64,000 nt of DNA from Hydrolagus colliei. Taxonomy: Eukaryota. The DNA lies in assembly GCA_035084275.1 (NCBI GenBank), contig CM068751.1:8990001-9054000 (forward strand), given 5' to 3'. Under the pieces are notes generated by a model that was given only the letters and a program-made list of their open reading frames with translations, was not told where the DNA came from and did no database searches. Positions 10,938 through 23,413 of this stretch are shown here, piece after piece (position 1 is the stretch's first letter; the number at the start of each line of letters is the position of its first letter). Position numbers and translations under genes: made by a program.

Positions 10938-11343
10938 TACATATACTATAGAGATGTACAATACAATACCCCCACAAACGTTTTGTGATCTAAGTTATAA
11001 ACTATAAAGCTATCGATCGATTAATTGAACCTTTTGAACTTACATAAATAGGTACCCTCACTTAGAGCATGAAATTGGACCTTCTTACTTACCAGTGTAC
11101 ATTTCAGACTAGATTATTTCATTCTTGATACAAGTATTAAAAGTTGACATCACTGTTTATATAATACAATATAAGCAACGATGTAAACAGAAATATAAAT
11201 AAATAAGTTGTCCTGATCTTTAGATTAGTTCCATCACAAGAATCTTGAACGCGCTCACAGCATAGCATTGCCAAGTCATGAATAGCAATGAGTTAGTGGA
11301 ACAAGTTCCTTACAGGTCTGTTTTTTTGTTGTTTGACTTTGTT

Positions 11344-11934
11344 TCACAACCTGTGTTCTTCGAAACCAGGCTGTATGCCTTCGTTTTTATAATTCACTTT
11401 TCTCTTGACGTGTGAAATGATGGTCTTCAAAGCCACGGACAGCCCTTGGCCTGTTTTGGCACAGCACGGCTGTACGTACCAGTCTCTATCCGAGCAGCAT
11501 CTCTTCAAACGCAAACATCTGGTCACTTCCTCTGCGGTCATGGCATTGGGGAGATCCTGTTTGTTGGCGAGAACCACCACCGGGACTCCCTTCAGATGCT
11601 CGTGTTTCAGCAGGCGCTCAAATTCCTTCTTGGACTCTTCCAAGTGCACCTTGTCAGCACTGTCCACAACGTACACAATCCCGTCCGTGTCCTGGAAGTA
11701 ATTGGGCCAAAACTGCCGCAGTTTGCTCTGCCCTCCCACGTCCCAGACGGTGAGAGAGATCTGTTTATCGCCCTCCAACATCTCCACGTTGAAGCCTATG
11801 GTGGGCACAGTGAAACATTCAGTCTCACTGAACTTCAGTTTGTGCAACAGAGTGGATTTCCCCGCTGCGTTCAGACCCAGCATTATTACTCGAGCTTGCT
11901 TCCTTTTCGATTCCTTGGAGGTTAACAAACCCAT
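11344..11934 (-). CDS. ARL14: ADP-ribosylation factor-like protein 14, single coding exon, 196 aa
   Basis: MGxxxS myristoylation motif, G1 GLNAAGKST, G2 PTIGFNVE, G3 WDVGGQ, G4 NKQD and the ARL14-type CSDRDWYVQPCCA; located between KPNA4 and PPM1L. Confidence 0.93.
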   Translation of the reverse strand: MGLLTSKESKRKQARVIMLGLNAAGKSTLLHKLKFSETECFTVPTIGFNVEMLEGDKQISLTVWDVGGQSKLRQFWPNYFQDTDGIVYVVDSADKVHLEESKKEFERLLKHEHLKGVPVVVLANKQDLPNAMTAEEVTRCLRLKRCCSDRDWYVQPCCAKTGQGLSVALKTIISHVKRKVNYKNEGIQPGFEEHRL

Positions 11935-12104
11935 TGGAAACTATTCAGAGCCACTGTGTGTGTGTGTGTGTCTATGGATCCACTATTTCAATTTCCCCCC
12001 CACCCCCACAGATTTTGAGTAGAAGTTTTCTGTGAATTTAGGCACAACTGTGTCAGTCTTTACACTCAAATCTGTGAGGTTATTGTCACACAATACTTAG
12101 AAGT

Positions 12105-12160
12105 CAGTGGCTATTTATTCAGCGTCCCCTTATCACAAAGATAAGGTGATGTTTTACTAA
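12105..12160 (-). promoter_or_regulatory. Putative ARL14 proximal promoter (TATA-like element plus paired GATA sites)
   Basis: AATAAATAG on the minus strand at ~12111-12119, ~180 bp upstream of the ATG; inverted GATA pair CCTTATC-acaaa-GATAAGG at 12128-12146. Confidence 0.5.
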
Positions 12161-12347
12161 GGCGCTGGTGTTACCTAAACACAGGGTGTGTGCTGGTACA
12201 ATGTGGGATGTCCACATAAGCAACTGGAGGTGAAAGTACACTTTTTTGTGAGTAATTGGGAGCTGTTGCCTCAAGTGAATTACCTAAATGTTCAGGCTTA
12301 GATTGACTGGGTCATTCATTACATAGCACCATTAAGATTATATTGCA

Positions 12348-12389
12348 GTCTGACCCATTTTATTTTGTGTCTGACCCATTTTATTTTGT
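12348..12389 (+). repeat. 21-bp tandem duplication
   Basis: gtctgacccattttattttgt x2. Confidence 0.85.
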
Positions 12390-13982
12390 CTCAAAGGGAT
12401 ACTCGGACTGATTCATTTGTTCCCCCGACGAATACAGATTTATATAAATCCACCCTTATATAAAGTGGTCTTTACGTAAGGGTGGACTCAGAGTAAAGGT
12501 TTAATAATCCTCTGGTATGCATTTGATATAACGGCTTATCACACACCAAAAGATGTGCACTCTACACTTTGAAATTCTACTAGAATTGAAGAATGACATT
12601 TCGCATCTATCCGAATCCATAAATTAAGTTGATTTTTCAATACTTTTAACAAATTAATTCGTTTTGAAAATGACCAACAATGACCAATAATTAAGTTACA
12701 ATCACAAGTCATTACTGTTCGCCGAAAAAGTTCCTAAACCTTTTCTGATGGGCGCTCAAATGCCTATTTCCGGACCGTTTCTCATAAATGATCATTATTA
12801 AATACTTGACCCCGGAAAAGAGTGTCGATTCAAAGGCACAGGGTGTAAAAATGACTAATAAAGTGAGGCTAGTGGTTGTATTAGATGGGTGGTTGCTGAA
12901 TAAAGGTGGCTGATTATGCAAAAACCTATCTAGGTGATTGGTGAATGGAGGCGGTTGCTTGTGCGGGTTTGATCCTACAGTCAGTACACTTCACAATAAA
13001 TCCTGTGAGGTTCTTTGAGATGCTCTCCTAATGTGAAAAACACTATAAATTGCAAGGATAATTATTTACTGGAACTCATCTATTTACTCTTTTCTTTGCA
13101 GACAGCCACTGGAACACACTGAGCCCCATTGAAACAAACTTCTTGAATAACTTGCCCATCAGTGGTTTCATTAACATTGTTAGCTGAGAATATTACTTGC
13201 CCTTGATTCTATATCCATATATTGAGCTTTTTTAAAAAAAGTGCTGAATTTCCACCAGGTTCACACAACTTCAGTTTTTAACAAATACAAATACCAACAA
13301 CAACTTGCATTTATATAGGACCGTCCACCCTCCTCACAGCCTCTCTGAGCTCCTACATAACCTAGTTAACTCATTTGCTATAGAACACAATTTTATTATT
13401 ATCAATTTGCTTGAGCTATATATTTTTAAAAAACAGACCCAAACATTTCTAAAGCTTCTTGTATGTAGGGAAGAACTGAGCGTATAATATATCTGTTGGG
13501 GCTAGGCAGCAGTTCCTGATCGCATCTTTGTCATTTTTTTGGTGTGACATGAAATTCAGATTGAAAGGTTCGAGGAGCAGAGCAGCTTCTTGATGTACAC
13601 AGGGCCATGTTTCCACGTTGCACTCCATAAAACAATCAGGGAGTTGACCTTCCTATCTCGTATCAAGCCACCAAGTGGCACCAAATGGTGTAAACTAACC
13701 GTTGCAACAGACGCTTCGCAAATAACCATGCGTATTTAAAGCAAAGTCCTGCCTGCTAAAGTAAAGAGACGTATATTGCGAGGATGGAAATAAAACGGAA
13801 CCCGTCTATCTCACTGTGAGTCAACTTCAGAGTTTCTTTTCAAATGAATTCATATTGTGTGGTCAACACTAAGGAGATTATGCAACATGCTCTAAATCAA
13901 ATACAGTACATAACTAATAACCAATGCATATGGAGAGTTTTCCAATTCAGCAAGTGGGTACATAAAACAAGTAAAATGTACA

Positions 13983-14300
13983 ACTCCTGTAGCTCAGTGG
14001 TTAGAGCACTCGCCTTACAAGTGTGAGACCTGCGTTTGAATCCAGGCAGGTCAGGGCGAAACCTTGGGCAAGTTTCCTTACTCCACACGCCTAATAATAA
14101 TCCGTCCAAAAAAGACCCCACAATAATAAAAATTGGTCATTTAAATCCACAACTGATTGTGGGACGCTGCTGTGCATAATTGGCTGCCGCGTTTTGCCCA
14201 CAAATATACAGTCAAATTCACTTTACAGTATATTCTGTGAAGCGCTTTGAGATGTGAGATGTGAAAAGCGCTGTATCAAAATGCAAGGATTATTATTATT
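13983..14300 (+). mobile_element. SINE copy, full length
   Basis: tRNA head, body and tail. Confidence 0.9.
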
Positions 14301-15784
14301 AACACAAAAATCCCAATATAGCAAACTGAAGACCCTTCCAGGGTGATAAAGGCACTGATTTCCATTATCTGTAACTATGGCTACATGTGATATTATTCTG
14401 GAAATAGAATAAAAATAATAATCCTTCCATTTGATATGGTGCCTCATCATATCTGCGAGAGAAAGGGAGTACATAAAACGAGCAGCGCTAAAAGTAAATT
14501 ATTTCATATCTAAGTCTCTGTCAACAACTTCAACAACAACAACTTGGATTTATACATCCCTCTCCACGCTGGATGGCGTCTCAGAGAGCTTACCCACACA
14601 ATTAAAAAGAAGATATTGCTTAATTCTTTCAATTGCTTCAAAATTACCGGAAGAGTTTCTGTAATCAATTAGAAAGTATTCAAGAGAGTGTCCTCTTTGA
14701 GAGTGTCTTTGGTCATTCAGACCCTTGCCTCCCCACCCCCTGCAAAGCCAGGATTGTCAAGCACCTTGTGATGTCCTCTCGATGTTAAAGGTGCTGTATT
14801 AATGTAAATTTATATTGTGCTACGTTGCGGAAACGTCAGCCAGGGTAGAGCTTTGGTCAAAGTACTGTGTTGTTTTAACAGAGAGCTGAGTAAGGAATCC
14901 TGCCCAATCCTGACCAATCAGTGTAACGTGATGCTGATCAAAAATCCCAGATTGTTTAATCAGCAATATCATGGCGCACGCACGTGACAGACTGTAACAA
15001 AAAACCCACCGCTCTCTGCCAATGTCATTCATATCCCCGTCCTTAGGAACACTACCTCTGATAATGTGACAGAAAGCTCCTAATAACCATAACTTGGATC
15101 AGACAAAGGGACACATGCCCATTGATGTGAATAGAAGTCTCTACATTCAGAAGAGGAGTGGAGTGAAAAGGAGAAACAGAATGCATTAGCTAGACATGTT
15201 TTGAGACAGAGAAGTGCAGATGTGATATTAGCCAACCTTACGTGATTAGATTCTGACTGCACCTAATACTCTCCTTTGCTCATTGTACTATCAGAACCAA
15301 GCGTTGAGAGATAAGAAAGCAATAAATTAGATAAATGGAGTTTGTGGATATTTTACACTCTTCAATGGTCTTTGGACTTTGTTGCAACAACTGTCACTGT
15401 TAGATGTGGCATTCAATACATGTTGACACTACATACTCCAAAGTAACCGCTAATGATCAAAGGGATTCCGCGTTTTATTGCGAGTTGAATTTTGCTATAT
15501 AATTTTTTATGACAATAAATCGGTTTCATGCATGTAAAGGAAAGGAGTGCCTGTTAAAAAGCTTTAATGATCAATCCTGATGTAAAATACTATCTACGAA
15601 CCTAGCTATTATTGAGCGAGAAAGATGCAGCAAACATCATTTAGAAGCTTTTTTTAAGATCATTGTCAAATCCCCATCACTCAGAACGATCTAATCTATT
15701 TTAAGAGGTACACTCGCTCATCTCTGGATGTGCTTGCAGTTTTGCACTTCTGTTTGTATTGGTGATTGGTGAACACAGATCTAA

Positions 15785-16013
15785 ATAATAATGAAAAACC
15801 TTGCATTTGATATAGTCCCTAATCACGTCTGCTAGACGTCTCAAAGCGCTTCACAGAATATACCGTAAAGTGAATTGACTGTATATTTTGTGGGCAAAAC
15901 GTGGCAGCCAATTGCGCACAGCAGCGTCCCACAAACAGTCATGGAATGAAATTACCAATTTTTTTTTCTTGAGGAATTATTATCAGCTGTGTGGAGTAAG
16001 GAAACTTGCCCAC
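15785..16013 (-). mobile_element. SINE copy, headless
   Basis: Body and tail only. Confidence 0.85.
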
Positions 16014-16069
16014 GGTAATGGTGCTAATCCATAACATGAACAAGTTGGAATAAGAAATTAAATAATTCT

Positions 16070-16735
16070 TTGAAGGTAGCAGGACAGGTAGACAAGCCTG
16101 TTAAAAAACCAGGATACTAGGCTTTATAAGTAGAGGCATAGAGTATAAAAGTCATGAAGTTCTGACTAACCTCTATAAAACTTTGGTTAGACCTCAGCTA
16201 GAGTACTGTGTTCAATTCTGGTCACCACACTTTAGGAAGGATGTTAAGGCATTGGAAAAGGTGCAGAGGAGATTTACCAGGATGGTACCAGGACTGAGGG
16301 ACTTTAGCTATGAGGAAAGGCTAGAGAGGCTAGGTTTATTTTCATTGGAACTGAGAAGGTTACGAGGAGACCTAATAGAAGTTTTTAAGATCATGAGGGG
16401 ATTCAACAGAATTAACAAGGAAAAACAGTTTCCAGTTGGTGGTTGTATCAGTGACTCGTGGTCACAGATTTAAAATAGTTTCAAAAAGAAGCAGAGGGGA
16501 GGTGAGGAGAATTTTTTTCACTCAGCGAGTTGTTCGAATCTGGAATGCATTGCAGGTGGTGGAAGCCGATTCGATAACAACTATCAAAAGAGAGGTAGAC
16601 ATTTACTTGGGTAGGACCGGTTTGCGCGGTTATGGGGAGAGAGCTGGGGAGTGGGATTAAATTGCTCTTTTTAAAGAGCCAGCACAGACTCGATGGGCCG
16701 AATGACCTCCTTTTGTGCCGTAAGATTCTATGATT
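16070..16735 (+). mobile_element. CR1 LINE 3' fragment (RT C-terminus plus 3'UTR)
   Basis: LYKTLVRPQLEYCVQFWSPH...YEERL...LRGDLIEVFKIM, TRGH and FFTQRVV; frameshifted; attctatgatt tail. Confidence 0.95.
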
Positions 16736-17129
16736 TCATCAGGGTTTCTCTGCTGCAATGGCACATTGTTAGATGAGTACATACTTAAGTGGAGCCTTTG
16801 ACCATATTTTGTAATGAAACTCCCATAGAATGTATTCGCAGCAGCATCCACCACTGGCAATGCACTGGCATAATCGATCCTTTTATTATACACTCCACTC
16901 GATATCAATGTCATGAAGTCTATTGCAAAATGGTTGCAAATCGTTAACACCCTAATGGGATTGTAAATGCGTTTGTCATTTTATTACGTGAAAAGTGAAC
17001 TTGGTCTCCAAAAGGAACAGCATTTCCTTTACCCGCCGATACTTCCTCTTCTGAAAACAGTGAGTCATAATGGAGCACCTTTCCCGTTGAACTGAGGAAT
17101 GTGTGTATATATATGAACGCATGGAGATG

Positions 17130-17447
17130 TGAAGCTCAGTGGTTAGAGCACTCGCCTTACAAGCATGAGACCTGTGTTTGAATCCAGGCAGATCAGGGCA
17201 AAACCTTGGGCAAGTTTCCTTACTCCACAAGCCTAATAATAATCCTTCCCCAAAAAATCACAATAATAAAATGGGTCATTTCAATCTACGACTGTTTGTG
17301 GAGACGCTGCTGTGCGCAATTGGCTGCTGTGTTTTGCCCACAATTATACAGTCAATTCATTTTCCAGTATATTCTGTGAAGTGCTTTGAGACGTCAAGAA
17401 GACGTTAAAAGCGCTATATCAAATGAAAGGATTATTATTTTTTATTA
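17130..17447 (+). mobile_element. SINE copy
   Basis: tRNA head, body and tail. Confidence 0.9.
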
Positions 17448-19456
17448 GTCCTGCATCCCCAAAGGTTATAGTAGAAAACTTCACTGTGTTCTTTGCCCTC
17501 GTGCTTATATGCCTCACGTTTAAGGGTGCAAAAGATCACCCCAAACTTGTAGAACATGCTGTGCTTTCAAGACATTTCCGCTTACGTGTCTAGGCTGGAC
17601 GTATTTTTTGAACTCTGTCCACCTATGAGATATTATCGGTGCCAGACAACTATCAGCAATTTTATTTTCAACCCTTCAACGACAACCACAAATATGTAAG
17701 CTAATATTGCTAGTTTATCTGCCCTTTATTGCTTTCAGTCATTTTTTTTAACTCACCCTGCTAAAGAGTTTTAAGATAAACGTATTTTGAAGAATTAATT
17801 ATTTTTCAAACTAATAAAAAATACTTCTAAAACAGGAAGCAACCTTGGAGAGACATAATATTTCTACTCCATCCTCCTACGCCACTTTGAACGTAGATCA
17901 GATTGATGGGATCAATGTTTTGTATCTCTACTGAATGTAGGTGTTTTATGTAAAATGAGTTTGAAGATCCTTGTGGGTATAATCTGCAGCATTGAACTGT
18001 TCACAAATTGACAGTAAATGTGACTTGGGGAGACCAAAAGGATAGTTGTTTAATGCTTTGCAGTGTGGCTTTGAACTGTAAGCTCTTGATACTGACATTG
18101 GGTGTTGCCTCATCATTGCAGTGCACTTTACATGTCACTGTAAATCACTATATAAAAAACACTTGTGTGACGTCTTGCAGCCAATTACACAGTGACACTT
18201 GCAAAAAGCTAGAAGCAGATCGCCTGCCTGATGCCTTGGCAGGATAATTATACTTGACACAGAAGCATTTTAAAGAGAGGCAGAAAATTAGAATTAAACT
18301 TTGAAGAAGAAATAACAGCTAATAGTTTTTTTAGGCAGTAATTGCAGAATCATTAACAATTGAATTACTGGTGAGGCTAATACTGTATAATCAATTCATA
18401 TGTGACCATTCCAATGCAAATTGACAAGCCATTCATGTGTTTGCAGTTTGACCTAAATTAGTTGGCTTTCTGCCAATGTTATCCATCCAGCAGGAAAAGA
18501 AACACAACAGAGATAGGTTGTTTTGTAGGCAAAATGATTGAGAGACCAATGCGTTTACACAAAGCAATGTTTCTGCAGGATATGATGTGTGTTTTTCGCG
18601 CTGGGAATTGAATTCAGCAATTTATTTTTTGGATTTTTTGGATGCTTTTTAGTGCATTAGTGTCCGCCTTTGTCTACATCTTCCTTTCATCCCAGCTTTG
18701 TTTAAAAGCTGTTCCATTTGTACATCGACTGCAAGGTCACAGGATGCTCAGGTCTTTTATGTGGGTGACTGGAGCAGCTGGATCTGTGTGCTTCACTGAC
18801 TGCTGACAGCACTGACATGCATTTGTCATGTTTCTGCATTTCCCCAGAACTGCAATGCCTGCTGCTGACCTGTTAACAGGCGAGTGGCCTGTTTGGGTTT
18901 GAAAATACCTCTGGATGCCTGAACTGAAACTGAGAGTTTACCTTTATTTTGATGAAATTGAAGACTATAAATTCGCCCCCACAAATATACAGTCAATTCG
19001 CTTTACCCTATATTCTGTGAAGCGCTTTGAGACATCTAGAAGACATGAAAAGCCCCATATGCATGATCTGTTCACCTCCGTGGTCATTTATAGTTTCAGT
19101 AAATGTGAAAACAGAAATTTGTCTGATGATATCGACAGTATATTGACAGTTTTATGAAATTTGCTTTTGTTACATACAGTTGACATTGACGCCGTTAGCT
19201 CAAGTACATGAAAGTATTTCCAGACAACTTCGATAAATGTAAAAAAAAGTGATAACTTAATTAGGTAATTAAAGGCCAGATTCTCATTTTCCAAGTTCAG
19301 TGAGCCTTTGCTAATCTTCGGTTTATGTTTTTTAACTGATTGCACAAAATTTCTAAGACTCAGACTAATAATCTTTATATTTGGTGTCATGCCTACAACA
19401 TTACGAGTGTTTCAAAGCGCTTCACTAGGTTTGTATGGTGTTATGGCTGTGTGTAT

Positions 19457-19772
19457 GTGGAACCCCTGCAGCTCAGTGGTTAAAGCGCTCGCCTTGCAAG
19501 CGTGAGATTTGCGTTCGAATCCAGGCAGGTCAGGGCGAAGTTTTTTTTACTCACACGCTTAATAATAATCCCTCCAAAAAAAACACACTAATAAAATTGG
19601 TCATTTCAATCCACGATTGTTTGTGGGACACCGCTGTGCACAATTGGCTGCCACATTTCACCCACAAATATGCAGTCAATGCACTTTAGAGTATATTCCG
19701 TGAAGCGCTTTGAGATGTCGATAAGATGTGGAAAGCGCTATATCAAATGCAAGGATTATGATTATTATTATT
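19457..19772 (+). mobile_element. SINE copy
   Basis: tRNA head, body and tail. Confidence 0.9.
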
Positions 19773-19794
19773 AGATTATATATTATATCTCGGT

Positions 19795-20037
19795 AGATGC
19801 AGCAGCCAATTTACACACAGCCATAAAGTGAATGACCATCTGGTTGATTGTTGATCAGGATTCCTGAAGAAACATGCGTCTCCTCAACATGGGATCTTTC
19901 ACATCCAACTGAGCAGGCAGATTGTACCTCAGTTTAATGTCTGAACGATGGCCTTTCTGACAAATGTAGAGCTCCTTCCCTCCAGCCCAATCTGGGACTT
20001 GAGCCAACAAGCTTCTAACCCAGAGACAAGGGCATTG
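19795..20037 (-). mobile_element. Old Deu-domain SINE (SacSINE1/AmnSINE1-like)
   Basis: atgggatctttcacatccaactgagcaggcaga...cctcagtttaatgtc resembles the Deu domain; other relics at ~9570-9710 (+) and ~60165-60340 (-). Confidence 0.65.
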
Positions 20038-20320
20038 CAACAACAATAACAACAACAACAACAAAACTACATTTGTAGAGTGCCTTTCATGTCGGGAGGA
20101 TGTCTCATGGTGCTGGACAGTCAGGAGTCAAGATCCGAGCATGGGTGAGGGAGCAGAGAGGAAGGAGGGCAGCTGAAGGCATGGTCGAAGAGGAGAGTCT
20201 TGAGACTGGTCTTGAAGGAGGCAAGGGAGGGAGCAAGGAGAAGGGATTGTGGGATGGAGTTCCAAAGTGTGGGGGCAGAGGGGCTGAAAGCCCAGCTACT
20301 GATGGTGGGGCAAGTTAGGC
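20038..20320 (-). mobile_element. L2 3' fragment
   Basis: (CAA)n tail and L2 3' end. Confidence 0.85.
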
Positions 20321-21021
20321 AGGAGACACTACCAACTGATTCAGACTCTAATTAAATTAGAAAACAATAATAAGTTTATTTTCCCATTGTCCTCCCCACT
20401 CACTTCAATATTTGAAACATCTAGAAGCTCTATATGACGTGAAAGGCACCACACACATGTAGTTTTGCTGCCGTACATCAAATGCAAGGATTGTTATTAC
20501 TATTATATCAATCTCCCTCTTGTAAGACGTTTATCTGCTGCGACTGAGAAAGCTTGATGCCACATCAAGGACTGTTTGATACTAAAGTTATGTTTCCAAA
20601 GAGAAAGAGACTGATTCAGTCTCCAGCACTGACATCACTCAATGAGCATAGAAAATTCATTCATCATGAACTTAGAGGAGAAGTTTCTTACTTTGAAACA
20701 TATTCATCAGAGTTGATTGGCCTGTGTTCACCAGTTATTAGATTTATCCCATAAACAGAAATTTATGGGCATTACTGTGTAATTATTTCATTTTGAAAGC
20801 TCATTTGTAATGCTAGGACAAAATATGTAAATTGGTTCTGCTTGTTAGAGCTAATTAATATACACAAACTAGATTCATTTGAAAAACAGTACGCATTTGC
20901 ATAACGGAAAAAAAATACCCCCCCCCCCCCCCCCTATGACTTTGAAGATATCATTGATGAAATAACACGGTAAGGAAGTATATTAATTGCATCAAATTTA
21001 CATAAGCAGGTTAGGATGATC

Positions 21022-21325
21022 ATAATAATAATGATTCTTACATTTGATATAGCGCTTTTCACGTCTTCTAGACGTCAGAAAAAGCACTTCACAGAACACA
21101 GTATACTGTAAAGTGAATAAACTGTACATGTGTGGGCGAAATGCGGCAGCCAATTGCGCGCAGCAGTGTCCCACAAACAGTCGTGGATTGAAATGATCAA
21201 TTTTATTACAGGTATTTTTTGGAGGGATTATTATTAGGCTTGTGGAGTAAGGAAACTTGCCCACGGTTTCGTCCTGACCTGCTTGGATTCGAACACAGGT
21301 TCCCACGCTTGCAAGGCGTTTGCTC
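21022..21325 (-). mobile_element. SINE copy
   Basis: Matches the family consensus. Confidence 0.85.
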
Positions 21326-21719
21326 TGACTCCACATTATAAAATCTTCTGCAAGCAATTGTTACACAGGAACAATTTAAACCATCCTTTTCCAGACGAGC
21401 CTCAAACTTAAGTTCAGGATGTGTGTTTACAGTCTGTCCGTTCCCTTTTGTTTGCAGTCATCACTTGCTTTAGACAAAGAATGATCTAATCTCCAGACCT
21501 TAAAGACACAATCCTTCGCATTGATTCAGATAGAAAGTCTCCACACAGCTGTGGAGCAGATAATCTAATATATATGAATGATGGTTTGTATAGATCGATT
21601 TAATACAATCTGATGTCTGTGCTCTCCTGATACTTACTGTCAGGTGACAGAAATATGAAGGATAACGCTTTCAATTTCCTTGAGCATTCTGTTCGGAATC
21701 TGAATTGTTACCAGGAAAA

Positions 21720-22688
21720 TAACAACAACAACAACAAATTACACTTATAAAGCGCCTTTCACGTCGGGAGGATGTCCCAAGGCGCTGCACAGGAGGCGTG
21801 TGACCCGAGCTGGGAGGGGAGTGTACGGGAAGGGGTGAAACACGAAGGGGAGGTCGAAAAATTTGGGAGGGAACAAAAGTCACGGTCGAAGAGGAAAGTC
21901 TTCAAACCGGCCTTGAAAGAGGAAAGGGAAGAAACGAGACGGAGGGATTGAGGGATGGCATTCCATAGGGTGGGAGCGGAGAAACTGAAGGCCCGGCCTC
22001 CGATGGTGGGGCGGTTCGGGCGGGGGGCTTGGAGCAGGCCAAGTCCTGTTGAACGGAGGGTCCGGGTGGGCGTGTAGGGGGAGAGTAAATCGGTTAAATA
22101 GGGCGGGGCAAGGCCGTGTAAGGCCTTGTAGGTGAGGACGAGGATCTTAAACTCGATCCTCTGGAGGATGGGGAGCCAGTGGAGACGGGCGAGGGTGGGG
22201 GTTATGTGGTCGCGAAGGCGGGTGCGGGATAGTACACGGGCTGCAGAGTTTTGGATGGCCTGCAGCCTGTGAATGGAGGGGCTGGGGAGGCTGACGAGGA
22301 GAGAGTTTCCGTAGTCCAGCCTTGAGGTGATGTATGCATGCACGAGTGTTTCGGCAGCGCGGGGGGTAAGATAGTTGCGGAGCCTGGCAATGTTGCGCAG
22401 GTGGGAGTAAGCGGTGCCGGTCAAGGCGCGGATGTGGGGGAGGAAGGAGAGTTTTTGGTCGAACATGATGCCGAGGTTCCTGACTGGCTTTGTGAGGTGG
22501 AGAGTGCAGCCTTGGATGTTGAGGCTGGCAGCGCCCGATGTGCGGAGGCGCTGGCTTGAGCCAATCAGGAGGGCCTCGGTCTTACTCACGTTCAATTGCA
22601 GGAAGTTTTCCCTCGTCCAGGAATCGATGTCGGACAGACATGCTGTCAGAACATCGACGGTCTGGGGGTTGAGGGATAATAGGTAGAC
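21720..22688 (-). mobile_element. L2 LINE 3' fragment (~970 bp), young
   Basis: Uninterrupted RT thumb and C-terminus (WTRENFLQLNVSKTE...VRNLGIMFD...LHWLP), truncated just after the YADD region. Confidence 0.96.
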
Positions 22689-23413
22689 TCTTGCCTGGGG
22701 AGTGGGCATGAATTTGAACAACACAAAATAAGTATTACATTTTGCAGTATTTATGCAATGATCCAGTTTTCTCAACGGATAATAATAATAATCCTTGCAT
22801 TTGATACCATGATTGCAATACTTACATGTCTCCAAAGCACATCACAGGCAATTCCTGTGCTGTCTGATAAGAGAATGCAATTGTTATTTTGCAGGCTTGT
22901 GTCTGAACTGTGAGCAATGAATGTCTGCCGGGAAAATCCCACATTCCTAGGATATGATGCAAAGGGAAATCTCAATGCCCGCAGCAAGAATTCAGAAGTG
23001 TTGACGAGGAAATATTTGCGTCCGTTCATTTATACAGCTCGGTTTCATTCATTTCCTTTTATTCCAACAATATTGCACCAAGGAAATGTTGTTCTCTCTA
23101 ATTTCATAACTTTATATTTATAACTTTGTATAACTTTATATTCTGTGAGGTGCTTTGAGATGTCTAGAAGACTGTTTGTGGGACGCCGCTGTGTGCAATT
23201 GGCTGCTGCGTTTCACCCATAAATATACAGTCAATTCACTTTACAGTGTGAAGCATGGTAAGATATCTAGAAGATGTAAAAAGCGCTATATCAAATGCAA
23301 GGATTATTATTATTAACTTTAAATTAAACTCAGAAATGATGACTAGAACATAGCATTAATTTTTTTTGCTGTGCTGTACAGTATTTATTTACTGTAGGTA
23401 TTTGTCCTTTCAG

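Noticed and set aside
11405-12022. Plus-strand ORFs overlapping ARL14 (and 27198-27635 over PPM1L exon 4)
   Set aside because: Antisense shadows of real coding sequence.
21759-22835. 358-aa ORF as a host gene
   Set aside because: It is an L2 ORF2 C-terminus fortuitously fused to flanking sequence and a SINE tail, and it lacks the RT catalytic core.
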